DNA of 64,000 nt from Planctomycetota bacterium (lineage in GTDB: Bacteria; Planctomycetota; Brocadiia; JAADGH01): assembly GCA_040755855.1 (NCBI GenBank), contig JBFMAD010000008.1, positions 1 through 64,000 of the forward strand, given 5' to 3'. A program made the translations under genes and the position numbers. Every line of letters begins with the position of its first letter. Positions within the stretch are counted from its first letter, which is position 1. This document shows, in pieces, positions 1-15,000 of this stretch. The notes below the pieces were generated by a model. That model was not told the DNA's origin and made no database searches. It was given only the letters and a program-made list of their open reading frames with translations.

Positions 1-1
1 G

Positions 2-3000
2 GGCGGGGCGCTGACCGTGCTCAACGCCGGCGACCTCAACATGGCGGCGGCGCCCATACTCGCTGGCAACACGCTGACCGTGGACAACGACGTCTGGGGC
101 ACGATCAACCTCGGCGCAAACAACATGGACGGTCGGATCATCATCGGCGACAACCTGGTCTATGACGCGGACAACGAGTCGAACGGCTGGATCTACAGCA
201 CCGGACGCATTGCCAACTTCGTAGCGGGTGTTTCCGGCATCCAGGTCCAGGGCCTTGCCGGGACCGGCGTCATGGGCGGGCGGATTACCACCGCCCTGGC
301 CAATCCCGGCATGGGCATTGCCAACACCTTTACCATCGGCGATAACGCGGCTGCGGGGACGCGCAGCTTCCAGTCCGGGGTGATGGTGTTGGCCGGGGCG
401 CCGCAGTTCCGCCTGACCCTCGACGGTCGCTACTACGACGTGGGCGACCCATGGGGATATGAATCGCCTACGCTCGAACTGATCGGGGGCGCGCTGAGCC
501 AGGACAACTGGGAACTCGTCGTCCGTCCGGGCGTCCAATATGACGGCGTGGCGGCGGCGAACGGCTTGAGCCTGTCGGGCGTGACGTGGACGCCGCTGAC
601 ACGCGATATCACGGTCTACAACCTGGGCGATCTGGCGATCACGGGCAACAACGCCATTGCCGCCGGGCGGACGGTGAACGTGGCCAATACCCTCTACGGC
701 AGTCTGACCCTTGGAACAGTCGGAACGGGCAACATCGCCATCGGAGCGACAGCGGCGGACATTGGTCGGCTTCTCATCGGGAAGGACCTCCTCGGCAATC
801 TCAACTTTCTGGCGATCCACAACGGCGATCCCGGCAATAACAAGGCGCTGGTGCAGATCGGCCGCAACTTCGGCGAGGGCGCAGAGATAGACTACTCACC
901 GTTTGCGGGCAACGACTTCTACGGCGACATCACCGTGGGCGGCGACTGGCTGGGCGTGCTCGACATTAACGGCACAGGTACCGAGATCGTCCGGTTCGGA
1001 ACAAGCCCCTATCGCGGCAGCAGCATCAGGATCAACGGCAACTTCGGGTCCCCGACGATTACGGGCAGCCTGATTGACATCGAGAACGGGCGCATTTACA
1101 TGGACAGCGTGGCGACGGCGAACCACGGTCTGCGCATCGGTGCGGACGGCACCGGCATCATGTACGGAGACGTCTATGCCCACGCCCTGTCCAACAGCAC
1201 GGCCTACGGGACGATGTCCAACAATCGCATCGAGATCGGCACAGCCGCGTCCGTAGCGGGGCAGGCATGGATGGCCCACACGGCGAGGCTGGCGGCCGAC
1301 CGGATGACCATGCCGAACCTTGTCCTTTACGGCGGCAACGCGGCGGATGTGATGCGGGGCCAGATCCTTTCGGGGACAACGACCATTCTGCTCACCGGCG
1401 ACACGCTGGGCATTCGCGGTACGATTGATGTGCGCGGCGGCATGGCCGAACAGGCCGAGATCCGCGCCCTGCAGACGCAAACCCGCAACACTACCGGCTG
1501 GCTCTATGTCGGCGGCTACGAAGCAAACACCGTCTTTACCCATGACGTCAAGGGCGTCATCGCCGCGGGCGACGGCTATACCACGGCTGCGGGCGGGGTG
1601 GCTGAGGAAGCATACGCGACGTTTGGGCGGGGGTTCAACCTGACAGCGACCAACGCGACGAACAACCCGGACTTCACCGGCGTCCTCCGCGCCACCGGCC
1701 AAGGCCAGTACATCGGGCCGGACTTCCAGGGCGTGTTCAACTACGGCAATATTGACATTCGAGGCGATATGTCGGGCCAGATGCTGGGTTACTTCCTGCC
1801 CGACATCGAGATCTGCGATGTGGCGGGAAGCGTCTTTTCCGGCACGATCGAGGCGTACGATCGGTTCCTCAGCGGCGGCGTGAGGATCGGCCAGACGAAC
1901 GCGGGCCTCATCCGCGCCGGCGGCGCCGACATGATCTATACGTCCGGCACGATCGCGTCGGGGGGAAATGTCCTCTCCATTCCTACAGCCGCCGGGACGC
2001 TGGATATTACCAGCGATGCGGCCAACGTGGTTTACTCCTACCTCTATTCCGGCGCCGGCGACACGATCGAGGCGTTCCGTGTGGACTCGGGCAATGTGCG
2101 CAGCGTCGTCGGCACGGGGGTCGTGCTGAATTCGTTCTTCAGCGAGGCCGGGCTGAACGGCGGGCTGTCCATGATTGACATGAACGACGGCGTCGGCGAC
2201 TCCGCGCTGTATTCCGTCCGATTGCAGGCCTTCGACCTGAACGACCGGATCGAGGTGGAAGGGCAGTTGGGGCAGGTGGGCGTGCAGACCGGGAACTTCG
2301 CCGGCGACATCGTAACCGCGGTGGGCGGCGTCGGCGCGATTGCCGACCTGGTGGGGATCATCTACAACTATGACTCGGCCACCGATTTTGTCGCAGACAG
2401 CACGATCACCATCGGCGGAAACGTGCGGGAATACGCCGGCCTGCTGTCCCTCCGGCACTACCAGATGACGGCGCCGGATGCGTTCCATGTGCTGGGTAAT
2501 TTTAGCGGCGCCGTCTATGTTTCCAACACGGATTTCAGCGGCAATATCACGATTGATGGAAACATGACAGCCAACGCGAGGATTCGCGACGATGCCAACG
2601 CGGTCGTGAGCGGCACGACCACAATCGGCGGCAACATGGATGGGCAGTTCTTCTTCCCGGCCACGAATCCAAACCTCAGTGGCGTGATCAACGTGGGCGT
2701 TGATATGACGGGAACGGTCTATCTTGGCGATGCCAACAACGACACGGGATCCACGCTCTCCGGGACCATCTCCATCGGCCGGGACATGACAGAGACAAGC
2801 CGAATCTATGTATATGGTGCGCCGGGAATTACGGGTAATGTGAATGTGGGGCGCGACATCATTCGCGTCGGCGCGAACTACGGCCGAATCTATGCCCTGA
2901 ACGGTCCGATCAACGGCACCATTGATGTCACCGGCAACGTCCAGGGCTACATCTACGCGGGAGATAACGCAAACCCGGCCACGGGCGACACCATCGCCAA

Positions 3001-6000
3001 TCTTGGCGGGACGATTCACATTGGCGGGAACCTCGACGGCACGCTCGGCGCGGCCTACATCGGCGTATGCGGGCTGGGCGGAATCACGACCACAGGGCAG
3101 ATCATCATTGACGGCGGCATGCTCGGCAATGCGAACGCGCGGATCTACGACTACAACGGCCCCATGGACGGCCTCATTGACATTGGCGGAGATGTGAGCG
3201 GCAACATCTACGTGGGCGATAACACCAATCCCGCGAGCGGCACATTCGATGGGAACGCAAACCTGAACGGGACCATTGATGTCGGCGGACAGTTGAACGG
3301 GACGTCCGGGCAGATTCTCATCGCCGGGACGAGCGGCATTACCGCGACGGGTCAGGTCCTTGTCGGCGGCGGCATGATGACCGACTCGACCCGCGTCATA
3401 GCCTACAACGGGCCGGTGGACGGGCTGATTGACGTGACCGGCGATATGTATGGACGAATCTATGTGGGGAACGCGGAGGACGCCACTGATGCCTCGGCAA
3501 ATCTCACCGGCCGGATCGCCATCTCCGGCGCAATGATTACGCAAGGCGACGTCTATATCTACGGTACCGGCGGCATAACGGCAACGGGCCAGCTTGATGT
3601 GGGTGGCGGGCTGAGCGCCGACGGCGCTCGAATCTATCTCTATCGCGGCCCGATGGCCGGTGTGATGAACATAGGCGGGGATATGCTCGGCCGCATTTAC
3701 ATGGGCGACGGCGATGCAGACACAGGCACCAATCTGACGGGGACGTTGAACATCACCAATGCCGTCACGGACCCGAACGTCGGCGGATATATCTACGTCT
3801 ACGGCACAGGCGGGATTACAGGATCGGTTACCATTGACGGCGATATCGCCGACGGCAGGTATCTGACCGCCTTCGAGGGACCTATCGCCGGGACTGTCAA
3901 TGTGGGCGGAAATCTCATCGGCCGCATCCAGGCGGGCGACAACGAGGGCAACGACCCCACGTCAAACATCACCGGCGCGATCACCGTCGGCGGCACGCTG
4001 GGCGGCGGGACGGAGAGCCGCATCCGGTCCTACGGGATGGGCGGCATCACCAACACGGCCGTCATCACCGTTAACGGCGGCATCCTCGGCGGCGCCGGCA
4101 CTACGGGCGGTTACATCATGACCTACAATGGCCCTATCGCGGGCACGATCAATGTGTTCGGCGACATGGCGGGCCACATCTGGGCCGGCAACGCCGCGGG
4201 CGACGTCGCGGCCGACCTCACCGGCGCAATCAACATAACTAACGCCGGCAGCGACCCGAACCTCAACGGCGAGATACAGGTCTGGGGAATCGGCGGCATA
4301 AGCGGCGTCATCAACGTGGACGGGAACTTTGATTCCACCCCCGGCTGGGACACATGGATTCGGACATCCAACGCGAGCAGCGACCTGACAGGCGCCATCA
4401 ATATCGGCGGCGGCATCATGGGCGCCGCCTACATCCAGATTGCCGATGACATGGCCGGAGCGGGCGCCATCGCCGTCGGCGGCGCCGTCCAGGACACGGC
4501 CTATATCCAGATAGGCAGCGACATCCGCGATACCGGCTCCATCACCGTGGGCGGCGCGGTCACCAGCACGGTCGTCACAGGCGGTATTGACGTGAACGGC
4601 AGCATCGTAAGCACCGGCCCATACTCGATCTCCGTGGGTGGCGTGGGCGCGAACGCCTCGATTCAGGTCTATGGCTCCGCCGCCTCCGGCGCGGAGATGC
4701 GAATCCTGGGTCTCTTCGACGCCCTTGGCCTCGTGCGCGTCGGAGAGAACGGCGCGGGAACCTTCGGCAACGTCGTCGTTTCGACGAATCCCTTGAGCGG
4801 CGGCACCTTCCGGGGATACGACGACAACAACAATGCAATCCTCGTTACCGACTCGGGTACCGCCGGGCAACTGACCTATACCCGCGACAGGGACTTGGTG
4901 TCCAACAACGATCCCGGCACGCTTTTCGGCGGCAACGCCGTCGTCCTCAATCCGGGCGATACATTTGTGTTTACCGACAGCGACGGCGACACGGTGACCG
5001 TCACGTACGATCCTCTTTCGACGGGCACGGTGGCCATCGCAACCGCCGCCGCGGGGATCGGTCTGGACATAACCAACATCCAGTACTCCGGCGCGACAGC
5101 GACCTCCGATCTCGACATCCAGGTGACGGTGGTCGTGGGCAACGGCGTCACCACGGCGGGGAATGTGGACGCCGCGGGCCAGGTATTCGGAACATTCACC
5201 GTGGACGGATGGGTCGAGGGCTGGACGGGCGGCCAACTGGCGGCAGGGGAAACGCTTACGGCCGACGACATGACCGATCTGATGACGCTCGAAGGCGACC
5301 TCGCCGGGGCCTTGATGCTCAATACCCTGCTGACCGGCGCGATTCAGGTCGAGGGCGATGTGGCCGTCGGCGGCTCGATCACGATCGGCGCAAGCGGCAT
5401 CCGGGGCGGCGGGCTGTACCTCGAAGGCGGCGACAACAACGGGACGATCACCGTCAACGGCGTGGGCCAGACCTACGTCGGCGGCCTCCTCCACGGCGGG
5501 CGCAACGTGACGGGCGTGTCCGAGGACCCGAATCCTTTGGACACGTTGAGCATCGCCGCAGCCGACGACGTCAAGATCTTCTGGGACGGCATCCACGATG
5601 TCGGCTACGGCGTCCTTTATGCGGGCGGCGCGGTGACGTCCATCTATGCGACGGATTCCCTCGATAGCATCGTGACGACCGGCCTGAACATCGGCTCGAT
5701 CCGCGTGGACGGCCGTGTCAAGGCCGCCTCCGGGATCGTCCTCAGCAACGGCGGCGTCACGAACACGAGCATCGGGATTGACATCACGAACGGCAACTTG
5801 GACTTCTTGCGTCTCCAGAGGTTCGATCATCCGGACTACACCGTGCAGGTGGGTGGAGACCTGGGCACAGTGTGGATCACCGAGGGGATGCTTGAGGGAA
5901 CGATCCGCACGGTCGGCGCAGGCAGCGACCTCACCGGCGCGATCACCACGGCGACGGGCCAGGAGATTCGCGGCAACATCACCATCGCCGGCAACATCAC

Positions 6001-9000
6001 CTCCACCGGCGCGATCATGCCCGGCGGCACGACCACCCCGATCGCGGGCGAGGATATTACCGGCCTCATCTCCGTGGGCGGATACATGGCCGGCAAGATT
6101 TATGCCTACGACCTGGGCAAGGACGTGGCCAACGGTTACGACGCCGCCGGCAACCCGCAAGTATGGCCGTTGAAGGGCCGCATCGAGGTCACCGGCAACA
6201 TCACCGGCGCGATTGACATTGTTGACACGATGAAGGACTACTCCTACATCTCGTCCCAGGGGTTCATCGCCAGCGCGGCGTTTTCGGGGACGGAGCTGAC
6301 CGCCGGCGTCCGGGTCCAGGGACTCGCCGGCATCGGCGCGCTTCCCGGCAGGATCACTACGCGGATCTCCCTGAGCGACCCGTTCAGTTGGTCTTTCGGC
6401 GTGGACAGCGGCGTGACCACCAGGGCCTTCGAGGTCCTCGCCGACCTGAACTACTGGTATGACTATTCTCTGACCCTGGATGGGCGTAATCTGGCCCCCG
6501 CCGGCTGGACGCTGGAGTCGCCCACCATCTCCAGCCCGACGAGCCAGACCTTGGCTGTGTGGAAGGGCGTTTTGAATGGGATCCGCTATGCCGGTACGGA
6601 CCACAGCGTCACTCCGCTTGCCAGCCTGGGCAGCGCCATTTTCACGGACTACACCACCGGCGCCGATACGCTCACGGTGCTGAACGCCGGCAATCTGACG
6701 ATGACCGCCACTGCCGCCGCGATGGGCGCGGGCGATGTCATGGACGTCAGGAACGTTGTCTGGGGCAAAGTTGACCTCGGCGCAAACGCGATGAACGGCC
6801 TTATTGATATCGTCGGCAACCTCGTCTATGACCGCGACAACGGCTCCGACGGCTGGATTTCCTCCACGGGCCGCATCGCGGACTACTCCGGCGCGGCGGG
6901 AATTCGAGTGCAGGGACTCGCCGGCGCAGGCGTCCTCGGCGGGCGGATCACCACGGCGCTGGCCACCCCCGGCCTTGGCGTCGCCAACACGTTCACCATC
7001 GGCGACGACGCCGCTGCGGGCACGCGCAGCCTGACGACGGCGGTGATGGCCTTCGCCGGCGCCCCGACCTTCCGGCTGACGCTGGATGGACGATTCGGCA
7101 CGACGGCGGGCTGGACCCTCGAATCGCCCACCCTGTCGCTCTACGGCGGTGCGCTGACCGAGAGCGAGTGGGAGACCACCATCCGCACCTCCGGCAACGT
7201 CCAGTACGACGGCGTCTCGGCAGCGGACGGGCTGAGCTTTGAGTCCAGCGTCGCGGGGTCCACGTTCGATGTCCTGAACAATGACGTCACTTTCTTTAAC
7301 CTGGGCAACATCTCCATCACTGGCAACAACGCCATCGGCGCGGGCCGCACCCTCAATGTCAGCAACACGCTCTACGGCACGGCAACAATCGGAACCCTCG
7401 CCGACAACAATATCGCCATGGCCGATACCGCCCGGATCATGATCGGGCAGGACCTGCTCGGCAACCTGAACTTCGTGGCGCAGCTATACGGCACGGGCGC
7501 GGCAGGACCCATCATCAACAAGGCGTTGATCTCGATCGGACGCAATTTTGCCGAAGGCGCGGAGATTGATTACACGCCGTATGCGGGGGATGACTTCTTC
7601 GGCGACATCACGGTCGGCGGCGACTGGCTGGGCGTTCTGGATGTCAATGGGACGAACACCGACTTCGGACGCTTTGGCGTGAGCGGCGCCTACGGCGGGA
7701 CAAAGATCACGATCAACGGCAACTTCGGTTCGCCCACAGTTACCGGGGCGCTCATTGATGTCGAGAACGGGCGGTGGTATTCGGACAGCATTACGAACGG
7801 GGCCACGATGGCCGGCCTGCACATCGGCGCCGACGCCGGCGCCGGCGCCGCGGGCGGCACGGGCATCATGTATGGCGATCTCTCCATCCGCGCCCAGGGG
7901 AACGCTACGGACCGTGGGACGCTGTCTTCGACCCGCATCAACGTCGGCACGCTCGCCGACTCCACCGCTGGCGAGGCCTACGTCGCGCATACCGCCAAGA
8001 TAGCGGTTGACCGGTACTCCGCGCCGGGATTCTACGTGTACGGCGGCGATTTGGTGGATGTCTTCCAAGGCCAATACCTTACCGGCCTAAGTTCCTACGC
8101 CACGGGCGATACCGTCGGCCTGCAGGGCACGGTCTATATCTATGGCGGCATGAGCGAACAGGCCGAAATCCGCACCCTCCGCGTCCACGATTCGGTCAAC
8201 AACGCCCAGATGTATTACGGCGGCGTGGGGGCGGGCTTCACCTTCCGCAACGACGTGAACGGCGCGATCGCCGTAGGCGACGGCTACAACTCCGACGACG
8301 ACGGTGACGGCGTGAACGACGAGGCCCTCGCCACGTTCGGGCGGGCCTTTGTCCTTGACGCCACCCTCGCTGCAACGCTCCCCGACTTCTCCGGCGTCAT
8401 CCGCACCTTCGGCCAGGGAATCGTGGGCGGACAATTCGAGGGCGTCTTCAGCTATGGCGACATTAACATCATCGGCGACGTCTCCGGGGAGATGCTGGGT
8501 TACTATCTGCCGGACCTCGAGTTCACGGGAGCGGCCAGGACCTTCTCGGGCGCGATTGACGTCTACGAGGCGTTCCGCGGCGGTGGACTTTACATTGCCG
8601 GGACGACCGCCGGCAGCATCCGCGTCGGCGGAGTGGACCAGACCTACTATACCGGACTTGCGGGCGTCGGCGAGTCGGTCACCATCACCACCCCCAACGG
8701 CAACACCCTGGTCTGGACCAGCAACACCGCCAATGCCCGCTATTCCTACCTCTATTCGGCGGGCAGCGGCGACGCCATTCACATGTTCCGCGTCGAGGGC
8801 GGGGCTGGCACCCAGTCGCTTGTGGGCAGCGGCGTCAAACTCGGGTCCTTTTACACGGAAAACACGCTCGCGGGCGGAACGAGCGCCATTGACATGAATG
8901 ACAGCGGGGTGTACGACTCCGCCCTGTATTCGGTCCGCCTGAGCACTTTCCCCACCGCCGCCAGCATAGCAGTCGAGGGCGAGCTCGGCCAGGTTGTGGT

Positions 9001-12000
9001 AAGTGGGGGCGCCTTCCAGGGCGATATCACCACGACGGTCGGCCCCGTCCTCGGCAGCGCCGACCTGAGCGGCTTGATCACGACCTACAGCGATGCCAGC
9101 GACTTCGACAGCAACAGCCAGATCAGCATCGCCGGCAACGGGCGGCTGCGGAGCGGGCTTATCTCCCTCCAACACATGACGGGCAACTCCTTCGAGACGC
9201 TCGGCGACATGAACGGCTTGATCTACGCCGCCACCAACAGCGATGTGCTCGACCCGCCCCTTACGCCTATCATCCATATCGGCGGCGACATGAATAACCG
9301 GATCATATTCCCCGGCACATACGCACCCTTCGGCGGCTCGATAGCCATTGACGGGGACTTGAATAGCCAAATCTACATCGGCGACGCCACTACAGACACC
9401 GGCACGAACCTGACGGGCAGCATTACCATCGGTGGCGCGATGAACAACGCCGAGATCCGGACATACGGCGCCATAGGGATCAGCGGCGCAATCACGGTAA
9501 CCGGCGCCTTGACCGGCACGAGCTTCATTCGCGGCTACCGCGGCGACCTGCTCACCACCGGCGGCGGTTACTCGATCTCCGTGGGCGGCATGGAGGCCGG
9601 CACCCTCATCCAGATCTACGGTACTGCCGCCGCGGCGGACGAGATCCGCGTCCTCGGCGAATTCGACGGCACAGTCCGCGTCGGCGAGAATGCGGTTGGC
9701 GTCTTCGGCAATGTCGAGATTGCCAGCAACGCAGGCAGCACGGGCACGTTCCGCGCCTATAACCGCAACGCCGCCGCCGTCCTCAATGACAATGACGGCG
9801 GCGCAACGGCCAGCCAGTTGACCTATGTGCGCGACGTGGACGCGGTCACAAGCTCGGTCAAGTCCACGCTATTCGCCTTCGACAACAGCCAGGTGGTGAA
9901 TCCGGGCGTCCCCTACGTCTTCACCGACCGCGACGGCGACGTGGTGACGGTCACTTACACCGGCCCGGGCGGCAGCTCGGTTGTCCTCGATATGGTTGAC
10001 GCGGGCGCGGGCCGGCAGGACATCGGCTACATCACCTACGCCGGGGCCGTGGACGCCACCTCCAACCTGACGATTGACACAAACGGCGCGGGCGGCAACG
10101 CCACCAGCGGCGGCGGCGTTACGGCCACCGGCTTTACCTTCGGCTCGTTCAGCATTGAGGGCTGGGTGGATAGCTGGGTGGGCGGCACGCTGGCCGGCGG
10201 CGAGACGATTGACATCACCGGCAACCTCGGCCGCGCTTCCTTTGAGAACAACGTGTCCGGCGACCTGACCGTGGGGGGCGACGTAAGCGGTCCGGTGTCC
10301 ATCGTGGGTGACCTGGCCGGGGACATTGATATTACCGGCGCCCTGGCCAGCACCATTACGATTGACGGCGCAGGCGGCGTGACCGCTGCCGGCTCGATCA
10401 CCGTCGGCGATATGCCGACCTCGGCCTCCCGAATCACCACCACCGTGGGCCCCATGGCCGGCGCGATTACAGTCAACAACACCCTGCGCGGCTACATCTA
10501 TGTGGGCGACGCGGACGCTGACACCACCGCGGATCTGAGCGGAGACATTCACATCGTCGGCGATATGGCCGACAACGGCCGCATCCTTATTCGCGGCACA
10601 GGCGGCATCACCGGCTCCGGCTCGATTGACGTGGACGGAGGCCTCACAAACGGCACCGGCACATTGATCTACGCCTACAACGGCCCTATTGACGGCACGG
10701 TGAACGTGGACGGCGATCTGACCGGCTACATCTACGCCGGCTACAATGCCAGCGACACGAACGGCAACATCACCGGCAGCGTCACCGTCGGCAGCATGAG
10801 CGGCGCCGCGCGCATCCGCCACTGGGGCACCGGCGCGATGAGCGGCACGATCTCCGTCACCGGCGACGTCGTTGGCACCGGATATATCATCGTCGGGCCG
10901 GATACCGTGACCGGCACAGTCAGCGGCACGATCTCCGTCGGCGGCAATCTGGGCACAGCCGCCGGGGCCGATACCGCCTACATCCGCGCCGTCAACCTCA
11001 GCGGCGCCGGCGCCATTAACGTCACGGGCGACATTCAGGCCAGCTCCTACATCTATATTGCAGGCAGCATGGCGGATACTTCCTCTGTTTCCGTCGGCGG
11101 CATAACCAGCGCCCGTGCAGCCGGCGCGATTGACATTGACGGCAGCGTCGGCGTCAACAGCGACATTTTCATCAACGGCGATATGGACGGCGTGATAGAC
11201 ATTGACGGCAGCGTCAGCGGCGAGATTGACATCACCGGCACGATGAATTCGAGCGCCGCCTTTATTGATGTCCAGGGCACACTGGCCAGCGCCACGTTTA
11301 TCGGCAACGATCTGCAGACGGGCCTGCGCATCCAGGGTTTGGACGGCGGCGGGGCCGACAATGTGCTTGTGGGCCGCGTCCGGACGGCGACAGATCTGAG
11401 CGGCGCCGTGAACTGGTCCATCGGCGACGACACCGATAGCAACCTCCGCACCTTCACCTACACCGGCGTCCCAAGCATCGGCGGCACGGCGTGGCTGACG
11501 CTGGATGGCCGTTACCTGGCCGCCGCCGGGTGGCAGAGGGAATCGCCCACGCTCACAATCACCAACGCCGTCACGCTGGCCGATCTCAACAACGTGATCG
11601 CCGGCATCGGCTACGACGGCGCGGCTGGGACGTTCGTCAGCGTCAATGGCGTCACCCTGAGCGACTTCAACGTGGGCGCGACGGGCACGCTCACCCTCCT
11701 GAACTCCGGCGCGCTGACGATCACGGAGGCGGCAGGAATGGGCGACAGCGACTTGCTCACCGTCGAGAACAAGGTCTATGGCGCGATCTACGTCCAGAAC
11801 GGCAATGTGGCGACTGCCGCGATGAGCGGCACGTCGGGCATAGTCGTCAACAGCGACATCGTAGCCGGCGGCCAAGTCAGGCTGCAGGGGCTGTTGAACA
11901 GCACCCTCGCCACCGGCACTATTCACGTCGTCGGCGATGTCTACGGCGATATCCGTGTGGACGCCGACGACGGGACCTTCTCGTCCGCCGACAACAGCCG

Positions 12001-15000
12001 AATCTACGTTGATGGGGCGCTGAGAGGCAGCGGCCAGATCTACTTCTCCGACGCCAGCGATCCCAGGTACTGCCGCACCGACATCGAGGTGGATGGCGGG
12101 ATTCTCGAAAACAGCCGAATCTACATCGCCCATCGGGCTCGCAACGCCTACATCACCACGGGCCCTGTCACCAGCACCCGTTCCGGCGGCGCGATCTACA
12201 CGGGCTACCTCTACGAAGTGTTGACCATCAACGGCAACGTGGGCGCGGGCACCGACATTAACCTTGGCAGCGGCATGCTGACCTCGGCGACTAATGGCCA
12301 GGTCGTTGTGAATGGCAACGTGGAGGCTGGCGGTGTAATCCGAACCAGCTACATCGCCACCACCGGCGGGGGCGATGAGATTTACGTCAGCGGCGACATG
12401 GCAGGCGAGATCCGCATCACAGGCGCCAACAGCAGCACGGCAGCCGCCCCATATTCCCTGATTGCCGGCGGCTCGATCAATGTGGTGGGCGATCTGACGG
12501 GCATGATTAACTTTACCTACGCCACCCACGACGGCGGCGTCGTCAGGGGCAACATCATCGTCGGCGGCGACATCGCCGGCACGGGCGGCATCTTCGTCAA
12601 CAGGGCGGACGTCGCCTCCACATCCGCCATCACGGTCGGCGGCAACGTCACCAGCACCCGCGCAGATGGCGCGATTGACCTCGGCAGGGATTTCCTCGGC
12701 TCGATCTCCATCGGCGACTTGGCGAGCGGCTCTTCCATCCAGGTCTTTGGCACGGCTGCGTCGAGCGTGATGAATGTTCTTGGCGAATTTGACGGCCTGA
12801 TCTACGTCGGCCAGGGCGGCGCGGGTTCTCTCGTCCCCGGGAGATTCGGCAACGTCTTTGTCGCCACCAACGCCGGCAGCAACGGAACGTTCCGCGCCTA
12901 TGACGACAACAATTCCGCTTTGTTGTATACCGACGACACAACGGCGGGGCAGCTCACCTACACCCGCGACATAGACGGCGTGTCAAACAACAATCGGGAT
13001 ACGCTCTTCTACATCGCCCCCGTGTTGAATCCGGGCGGCAGCTATGTATTTACTGACGATAACGGCGATGAAGTGACGGTGACCTACGACCCACTTTCGA
13101 CCGGCACTGTCACCCTGTTCATGGTTCAAGCAGGCGTTGGGGAGAACCTTGCTTACGCCACCTATTCAGGCGCGACAGCCTCGTCGGGTCTCACCGTCCT
13201 GGTGACAAATCCGCTCGGCGACGGCGTAACCACTGTGGGCACGGTGGTAGGTACGGGCCAGGTCTTCGGGTCGTTCACGGTGGACGGCTCGGTCAACACC
13301 TGGACAGGCGGCGAGCTGGCGGCAGGGGAGACGATCACCATCTCCAATAACCTCGGCGCCGGTTCCCTTGAGGGCGACTTGGCCGGCAACCTGTCCGTCG
13401 GGGGCAACGCGAACGGCGCGTTGTCCATCGCGGGCGACTTGTCCGGGACCATCGCTATTACGGGGACGCTGGCCAGCACTCTTACGATTAACGGCGCGGG
13501 CGGCGTGACGGGCGCCGGATCAATCACCGTGGGCGACATGCCGACTACCGCCTCCCAGATCATCACCTCCCAGGGTCCCATGAACGGCGCGATCACCGTC
13601 AACAACGCCCTCCGCGGTTATATCTATGTGGGCGACGCAGACGCCGACATCACCGCGGACCTGGGCGGTGACATCCACATCGTCGGCGACATGGCCGGCG
13701 ACGGGCGCATCCTCATTCGCGGCCAGGGCGGCATCACCGGCGCCGGCTCGATTGACGTGGACGGCGCTCTCACAAACGGCGCCAACACCCAGATATACGT
13801 CCTCAACGGCCCGGTGGCGGCAGGGGGGCTCATTAACATTGACTGCAACGGCGGCGCCACCGACATGACCGGCTATATCTATGTGGGCAATGCCGACGCC
13901 GACACCACCGCCGACCTCGCCGGCACGGTCCATGTCGGAGGAAACATGAGCGGCAACGGCCGCATCCTCATCCGCGGCACAGGCGGCATCACCGGTACAG
14001 GTTTGATTGACGTGGACGGGACCATGGTGGGGGCCTCCGCCCTGATCTACACCTACAACGGCCCCGTGGCAGCAGGGGGGATGATAGATGTCAATTGCGG
14101 CCTCGGCATCACCGACATGAGCGGCTACATCTATGTGGGCGACGCCGACGCCGATACAACCGCCGACCTCGCCGGCACGATCCATGTCGGGGGCAACATG
14201 AGCGGCAACGGCCGCATCCTCATCCGCGGCCAGGGCGGCGTCACCAACACCGGTTTGATTGATGTGGACGGCAATATGGTTGGAGCCACCAACCTAATAT
14301 ACACCTACAACGGCCCAATGGACGGCGCAATTGATGTGACTGGCGGCATGAACGGTTATATTTATGTAGGTAACACTACCTCCGACGCCAACGCGAATCT
14401 CAACGGCGACATCTCCATTGGCGGGCAGATGGGATCCGCAGGGCGGATCTATATCTATGGCACAGGCGGCGTCACGCCGACGGGTTCGATCACCATCGCG
14501 GGCGGCATGGCGCTGGGGACCACTGCAAACGAGCGGATCATCACCGCCCAGGGCCCCATGGATGGCCTTGTCGAGATCGGCGCCGACATGAACGGCTACA
14601 TCTTCATCGGCGACGCTACGGCCGATACGAATGCCAATCTCACGGGCCAAATCCGTATCACAAACCTCGTGACCGATCCAAACATGGGTGGCTATATCCG
14701 GGTTTATGGACAGGGCGGGATCAGCGGAACGATCCTCGTGGACGGTGATTTTGTCGGCGGCGGAACGGGCATCACCTACATTAATACATATGGCGCGGGC
14801 GCCGACCTGACCGGACTGATCTCCATCGGCGGCAGGATAGGCGGCGACGCCTACATCCGGGCCAACGACGACATATCGGGCGGCGGCTCGATCGCCGTTG
14901 GCGGGACCCTCGATGACACGGCATACATCCAGGTCGCGGACGATATCCGCGACACCGGCTCGATCACCGTCGGCGGAGCGGTCACCGGCACACGCGCCGC

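Noticed and set aside
17..19. GTG at 17 as the start of the giant protein
   Set aside because: The frame is open from position 2 and the sequence is mid-module (matches the internal LTVLNAG repeats).
13616..14590. Possible CRISPR array or DGR template/variable repeat pair
   Set aside because: The repeats are in-frame coding units without unique spacers. No adenine-specific difference pattern was noticed, and no cas or reverse transcriptase gene is present.
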